Below, one piece after another: positions 49,974 through 54,665 of a DNA stretch of 54,665 nt. Both the position numbers and the translations under genes were made by a program. The stretch is from assembly GCA_946547025.1 (NCBI GenBank), contig CAMNOT010000106.1, positions 1 to 54,665 of the forward strand. Direction: 5' to 3'. The notes under the pieces are model-generated. The model was not told the DNA's origin. It was given only the letters and a program-made list of their open reading frames with translations, and did no database searches. Positions within the stretch are counted from its first letter, which is position 1. Each line of letters starts with the position of its first letter. Origin of the DNA: an uncultured Clostridia bacterium (GTDB lineage: Bacteria; Bacillota; Clostridia; Oscillospirales; Acutalibacteraceae).

Positions 49974-51209
49974 CTATTTATCGAACAACTTCAACGACGA
50001 ATAAATTCTCTTCCTATCGGCGGCTTCTTTGAACATTTGCTTAGTGCCGGAGGATTTGCGTTTGCCGGTGAGGAGCAGGGCGATGTACTTGCCGGCCTCG
50101 GCGAGATAGCCGATTGGGAGCAGGGCTTTATGCTTTCCTAAAGTCTTGTAGCCTCTGCGAACTTTATCGTTCATTGTTTTGAAGCCCTGACGTAGGATGC
50201 CGCTCTTTCCGATGGTGCCCTCGCTGCGGTCGGAGATATACTTGATCTCGCGGTAGCGATTCATGTCCTTCGTGCCGAAGTTGCCGCCGCTCAGGATATC
50301 GTTCATCAAGCCCTCGAGCGTCGTGTCGTCCAGTTTATGGCTCTCCACAGCCTCCAGCGTCCAAACTCTGTTCGGCGCGCCGAGGTAACGGATGCCGAGC
50401 AGGGTCAGCGCCTGTGCAAAGCGCCATAATCCAAAGCGCTTGAGCTTCTTCTCGAAGATCTCGCGGAACTCCGCGTCGCTCAACGTGGAGGCAAACACCG
50501 CCCAGTCGCAGAGGTGGCGCAGTCCGACACCCTCGCTGGTTAGGTGGGAAGCGGTATGCAGGAGCATGATCAATCCGTGATGGAATTTGTCCGGAAGGCG
50601 GCATGTTGAGCCGTCGACCTCAGCGGATTCGGCAGTCGGGATCGTCTTGTCCATTTCTGCCCTGATCAGCTCTCCGATCTCGTTGTTCGGAATGCCGTTG
50701 ACGCTGTGGTGCAGCTCCCAGATGCTCATCGGCGGGCGCGTGTAGGCGATATGGATGCCGTCGTCCTCTTCTCCGTGATCGACCTTGAAACCGATGCTCT
50801 CGAGCAGCTTGCCCGCCTGAGAAACATTCTCTTTTGCTACGAGGAAGTCCACGTCGCCCATCGAGCGCAGATTCGGCTCGGGATAGTACATAGCAGAGGC
50901 TAAGCCCTTCATCGCAACATAAGGCATTTCGTTGGAAGTCATCAGCTCATGGAGCTCGCTGTGCTCGGCAAAATTCTGCGTGCCGGCAATTGCATAGCGG
51001 AAGAATTCTTCACTACATTCGTTATACTGTTTGTCGGTAAGTTTCTCCTGTAGCTGTCTGTCCAAGATGGAGAACGCCAAAGGATAGACCGCCTGTGCCT
51101 TGCTCTCGTCGACGAGCGGCATGAGCTGTTCAGCCGCTACGTCAGGCGCATTCATATCGAACAAAGCTGCGCTGATTGCCTGTAACAACAGGCTTTGCAC
51201 ATCATTCAT
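49974..51209 (-). CDS. Uncharacterised nucleotidyltransferase family protein (NTP_transf_5-like)
   Basis: MKG...YYP...RSMGDVDFLV, WELHH, GLRHLCDW. Confidence 0.87.
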   Translation of the reverse strand: MNDVQSLLLQAISAALFDMNAPDVAAEQLMPLVDESKAQAVYPLAFSILDRQLQEKLTDKQYNECSEEFFRYAIAGTQNFAEHSELHELMTSNEMPYVAMKGLASAMYYPEPNLRSMGDVDFLVAKENVSQAGKLLESIGFKVDHGEEDDGIHIAYTRPPMSIWELHHSVNGIPNNEIGELIRAEMDKTIPTAESAEVDGSTCRLPDKFHHGLIMLLHTASHLTSEGVGLRHLCDWAVFASTLSDAEFREIFEKKLKRFGLWRFAQALTLLGIRYLGAPNRVWTLEAVESHKLDDTTLEGLMNDILSGGNFGTKDMNRYREIKYISDRSEGTIGKSGILRQGFKTMNDKVRRGYKTLGKHKALLPIGYLAEAGKYIALLLTGKRKSSGTKQMFKEAADRKRIYSSLKLFDK

Positions 51210-51255
51210 CCGGCGATCTCCTTTCCCTTAATATATTTGTTTATTGTGCCGATAA

Positions 51256-51953
51256 TCACGCCTTATTCAGCCATTCAACAAAATCAAAATCCTTATCAGC
51301 AGGACATTTACCTGTCCATTGACTTTTTTCTGTTAAGTATGGTCTCATAATGTGATCTTTTTTATAATTTGAAATCTGTATGACATTTTCTAATTCTGGA
51401 TACTCATTTGCAGTAAGAATGACTTTTCCTCGACATGGAATTTTATTGAATTCTATAAGATCCTCATACTCCGCATCAGCAATGTCATCAAATATCAAAA
51501 AAATATTTTTATAGTTTATACGTTGCTTTCGCTTTTCCCATGCTTCATTTGCTGCTTGAAATGATGAATAGTGGTTAAATACAAGCTCAACATCTCCCAC
51601 CATACCTGCAGGATAGGGAAATCTTTCATCTTTTGTCTCTCTCAGTTCATGAGAAATATAGTGTTTTAGGTTACTAATAAACTTCAAATACTCTTTCTTA
51701 CTCGGAAAAAGCATATTGATTGTAGGGGATCTAAACTGCAATCCAAGCCTGTGATAAATCAAACCCGCATAACAGTTCGGAGAAAACAAAGAAAAATCTG
51801 TATTTTTGTTCCGCTTTCGAAGTTTTAGAAAATAGAAATGCTCATAAAGCTTACGAAAAGCTGCAATAAACTTGTGTTGTTGAGCTAAAGCTTTTCTCCA
51901 AACACTTCCTAGTCTGTCCTGTTTGTTTGTTTGTTTGTTTGTTTGTCAAGCAT
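51256..51953 (-). pseudogene. DUF1919 family gene, out of frame at (AAAC)6 tract (putative phase-OFF allele)
   Basis: ATG 51953 reads into a TAG at 51911-51909. The other frame is open from the tract onward (QDRLGSVWRK...RKRNKNTDFSLFSPNC...), matching the paralog at 29194. Confidence 0.85.
51921..51944. repeat. Tetranucleotide simple sequence repeat (GTTT)6 / (AAAC)6
   Basis: Read directly; begins at codon 4 of the DUF1919 gene. Confidence 0.95.
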
Positions 51954-51971
51954 TATCATCCTTTTCCTTTA

Positions 51972-52505
51972 TCATGTCAAGTCTTTTTTTATGAAAAATA
52001 TTTTTCTCCATAATAGTGTCAGAAGATATGCACTACTGCCTATGGCTGTTCCGACGGTGTTGCAGATTGCATCATCAGTTTCTGCCATGCCGAGGTGAGC
52101 GAAATACTGGATGGCTTCAACAGTGATAGGCAGCAACAGTCCAGCCAATATCGTCAGCAAAATACGTTTCCTTGTACTTCCGCCAAATATAAACGGCAGG
52201 GATAATCCCAATGGCACAAAGAGAAACACATTCATCAGCATGGAGCGGTAAAATTCCGGCTGGATCTTCGCTCGCTCAAAGGATGAGAACGGGATAAAAT
52301 CTGCTCCTGCGCCGCTCTCACTGCGTGTCAATACTGTAACATACAGGATTGCTCCTACCGCGATCACTGCCAAGACAGCTCCGATTATCCGTATATACTT
52401 GCAAAAAGCCGCACCGATCACCGACCATACCAACAACAAGATCGGTATAGTTATAAGGATTGTTGAGATATCCAATATGTAGATTCTGTGAAAAAAGTTA
52501 CCCAT
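51972..52505 (-). CDS. VanZ family membrane protein
   Basis: NVFLFVPLG, EAIQY...G..ETDD...NT.G. Confidence 0.88.
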   Translation of the reverse strand: MGNFFHRIYILDISTILITIPILLLVWSVIGAAFCKYIRIIGAVLAVIAVGAILYVTVLTRSESGAGADFIPFSSFERAKIQPEFYRSMLMNVFLFVPLGLSLPFIFGGSTRKRILLTILAGLLLPITVEAIQYFAHLGMAETDDAICNTVGTAIGSSAYLLTLLWRKIFFIKKDLT

Positions 52506-52532
52506 AGCGACTCCTGAATAACATATTTGAAT

Positions 52533-52561
52533 ATTATATCATAATATCTCGGATTTGTCAT
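52533..52561 (-). promoter_or_regulatory. sigmaA promoter (extended -10) upstream of vanZ
   Basis: ATGACA-N17-TATAAT with TGn. Confidence 0.6.
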
Positions 52562-52614
52562 TAGAATAATATAATCTTTCTTATCTTTTTGATTGACCCT
52601 TTTTTGACTGTAAA

Positions 52615-53034
52615 TTATAGATAATTCTTGATTTTATAGGTTCCGCCCTGCACATCATATCTCAGCGTAGAGCCATCGGAGTATTCTACAAGGCAAGCAC
52701 AATGACCTCCGGAGACCATTATGTTTGTATATATATTATAAGTGACCAAGTGACGTTCGCAGGTCTGATTCGGTTCGCCGCCGGGGTACAAAAGCATGGA
52801 GGTCAAACCGAGATCACGCGCGGCAAAGGCAACATAATCAGCTCCGATATTGCAATAGACTTGTGTATAGCTGTAGTTTTTAGCAACATACTGAGCAAAT
52901 GCTTTCAACTTTTCCTGTTGTGTCATATTTGAAGTCCAACATTTCTTTTCGATGAAGTGTACTTCGTTGATCGTTTCCTCAACGCTTTGATGGTTCTCAG
53001 TCAATGCGACTGTCACTTCACATTTTTTGAGCAA
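52615..53034 (-). CDS. Transglutaminase-like (Cys-His-Asp) domain protein, probably 5'-truncated
   Basis: VYCNIGA, GGHC, RYDV spacing; weak TTG start; begins with a strand resembling the end of an Ig-like domain (KKCEVTV). Confidence 0.45.
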   Translation of the reverse strand: MLKKCEVTVALTENHQSVEETINEVHFIEKKCWTSNMTQQEKLKAFAQYVAKNYSYTQVYCNIGADYVAFAARDLGLTSMLLYPGGEPNQTCERHLVTYNIYTNIMVSGGHCACLVEYSDGSTLRYDVQGGTYKIKNYL

Positions 53035-53076
53035 TACACCCCTATAGCTATAACATCCCTGATAGATGAGGATTAT

Positions 53077-53108
53077 GCAATGATGCGATTTTAAAAACGC
53101 ACATTTTG
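53077..53108 (-). repeat. Palindromic element, copy 4 (core only)
   Basis: GCAATGATGCGATTTTAAAAACGCACATTTTG matches the core of copies 1-3 in the same orientation. Confidence 0.65.
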
Positions 53109-53121
53109 CTATCGTTGCTTA

Positions 53122-53150
53122 TTGCAAATTATTACACCATATGATACAAT
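53122..53150 (+). promoter_or_regulatory. sigmaA promoter (extended -10)
   Basis: TTGCAA-N17-TACAAT with TGn. Confidence 0.7.
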
Positions 53151-53155
53151 GAAAT

Positions 53156-53310
53156 CGGCGAACAACTGAATCAAGTGCCATTGCTGGGTTTGTGGGTTTA
53201 CTATAGGTAAAAACACAAGCTCTAATATCGCATTCTCAGTAATGGTAGATAGTTGTTCGCCGCAATCGAGCAATGTGTTTTTCGGCACGCACTCGTTGCG
53301 TGCTTTTTTT
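53156..53310 (+). ncRNA. Candidate ~155-nt structured small RNA / leader RNA
   Basis: Own promoter, nested stems (12 bp perfect, 12 bp with 3 G-U, apical stems), and terminator GCACGCA-N5-TGCGTGC-T7. Confidence 0.6.
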
Positions 53311-53322
53311 ATGGTGTGAAAA

Positions 53323-53772
53323 ATGATCGAGAAAGATAAAACGGCGGTGTTCATCGGCAACAGAGATTGCTATAAAATCGATAAAGCGATAATCGAGCAG
53401 GCAATAATACAAGCGATAGAAAGCGGTATCACCTGTTTTCTCAACGGAGGTCAGGGATACTTTGATAAAACCTGTGCATTGATTCTTCACGGATTGAAGA
53501 CACGTTACCCCGACATCAGGAGTATCCTTGTAATCCCGTACCGAGACTTTTGGATCTTCAATAAAGATATTTTCGATGAGATCGTCTATCCGTTTGAGGC
53601 GCGTATAGAATCGCTGCTAAACTACAAAAGTGCGATTCCGTTAAGGAACCGCGTTATGGTTGAAGCCGCAAGTATCGCAATTTGCTATGTCAAGCGTGTC
53701 GGCGGCGGTTCTTGGAAAACACTACAATTTGCAAAACAACAAAATCTAAAAATCATTGATTTGACTGCATAA
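53323..53772 (+). CDS. DUF1273 / SLOG (YspA-like) family protein
   Basis: FIGNR, FLNGGQGYFD, RNRVMV, GGSWKT. Confidence 0.82.
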   Translation: MIEKDKTAVFIGNRDCYKIDKAIIEQAIIQAIESGITCFLNGGQGYFDKTCALILHGLKTRYPDIRSILVIPYRDFWIFNKDIFDEIVYPFEARIESLLNYKSAIPLRNRVMVEAASIAICYVKRVGGGSWKTLQFAKQQNLKIIDLTA

Positions 53773-53775
53773 GTA

Positions 53776-53814
53776 AAAACACGGCTCCGGGAACAAATCC
53801 CAGAGCCGTGTTTT
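53776..53814. terminator. Bidirectional intrinsic terminator
   Basis: AAAACACGGCTC...GAGCCGTGTTTT between convergent genes. Confidence 0.85.
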
Positions 53815-53815
53815 C

Positions 53816-54665
53816 TTAATGGAAATGATTATACGCTCTTTCAGCGTTGTTTGCCCTGCGGTTATCCTCGTTGGCGTAATCGCCACATCGTTCATAAACT
53901 CGCTCAAAGGCTATCGCCGCCGTGCGGGTATCACTTTGCAGAAATTCGATATATGTGATACCGCCGTAGTTGCCTCCGTAATTGGCAAAAGCGGATTGTA
54001 TCGTCTGTTTCAGATAATCGCATTGAGCGATAACTGTCGAGCCCTTAAATCCGGGAGGCGTATATCTTAGACACCACTGGCAGAGACCATAGAATTCATC
54101 ACCGTTATAGTGCCCAACAATATCCCAATCAAGGTCTAAGGTGTCTCCGCCGCACTCTCGCATCATATTACCGATGATTCCTGCGGCAACGCTGTCGGAG
54201 TATCCGTAGCTTTTCAGGCGCATCCATACCTGTGACGCTACATCGCCCGAACCTCCAGAGCTGCTATTCGACTCGTAGAAGCCGTAACCGAGTATCTCAT
54301 GATAACCGACAGAATATGACAATTCCTGACACTTATCGCTGGCATTACCTTCGATCGTGTATACTCTACCACCCTCGACTTTTTCAACAATGCCTGTATG
54401 GTCGCCGCTGCCGTCGAGACCGTCATCATCCCAATCAAAGAAGATAATCATACCGGGCAAGGGTTCTGCTGAACCGTCAATCCACTGTCCCTTTGATTTG
54501 AACCAGTTTACGCCGTCATCGACAACGGAATACTTCGGAATAACTCCCGCGTCAATATATCCGCACTCATTGGCACACCAAGAAACAAAACAACAGCACC
54601 ATTCAACACGCGAGCCAAAACCGTACCAAGACCAATATGGCTGACCGCCGACGTTGCCGATCTGT
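53816..54665 (-). CDS. ICE-type cell-wall hydrolase: CHAP domain + phage-tail-lysozyme-like domain (5' partial)
   Basis: Frame open to the window end: QIGNVGGQPYWSWYGFGSRVEWCCCFVSWCA...DHTGIVE...TIEGN, then AAGIIGNMMRE...GLCQW...FERVYER. Confidence 0.88.
   Translation of the reverse strand, partial: QIGNVGGQPYWSWYGFGSRVEWCCCFVSWCANECGYIDAGVIPKYSVVDDGVNWFKSKGQWIDGSAEPLPGMIIFFDWDDDGLDGSGDHTGIVEKVEGGRVYTIEGNASDKCQELSYSVGYHEILGYGFYESNSSSGGSGDVASQVWMRLKSYGYSDSVAAGIIGNMMRECGGDTLDLDWDIVGHYNGDEFYGLCQWCLRYTPPGFKGSTVIAQCDYLKQTIQSAFANYGGNYGGITYIEFLQSDTRTAAIAFERVYERCGDYANEDNRRANNAERAYNHFH

Larger units (their letters stand above)
1..54665. mobile_element. Interior of a putative integrative conjugative element / genomic island carrying a polysaccharide locus as cargo; ends not visible
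   Basis: Large serine recombinases, a MobC-like RHH gene, an ICE-type sigma-70 r4 gene, a DUF3789-like gene and a pilus operon lie on the left; an ICE-type CHAP hydrolase and DUF1273 lie on the right. No housekeeping genes. Relaxase, VirB4 and VirD4 are not in the window. Confidence 0.6.

Noticed and set aside
53109..53490. Minus-strand ORFs 53109-53360 and 53236-53490
   Set aside because: They overlap the plus-strand promoter, structured RNA and DUF1273 gene, and lack RBS or motifs.

Overview
This looks like a Clostridia-type (Bacillota) region lying inside a large ICE-like mobile element; the taxon is inferred from gene content and Gram-positive RBS/sigmaA signals. Almost everything is on the minus strand. 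Reading right to left: (1) an ICE-type CHAP/phage-tail-lysozyme cell-wall hydrolase (partial), a DUF1273/SLOG gene and a free-standing structured sRNA candidate. (2) A ~34 kb mosaic Wzx/Wzy polysaccharide locus (18.3-52.5 kb) with a DUF1919 gene switched off by an (AAAC)6 tract, an actinomycete-type 2,6-dideoxy-4-aminosugar pathway, and a KdsA-less Kdo-like module. (3) A regulatory block: WYL protein, LexA/S24 repressor, two zinc-ribbon proteins, a frameshifted small gene, a multi-terminator leader with alternative pairings, a sigma-70 region-4 protein and a further structured non-coding region. (4) A MobC-like RHH gene and a sortase-assembled pilus operon. (5) A nucleotidyltransferase cassette bracketed by 58-bp direct repeats, an ABC-ATPase/RloB-like defence pair, and two tandem, closely related large serine recombinases. 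The most distinctive unexplained signal is a palindromic element, CAAYGATGCGATTT-N-CGCAYA, present four times in direct orientation: before each recombinase, before a small ORF at 5.2 kb, and at 53.08 kb. All calls come from motif reading, with no database searches.
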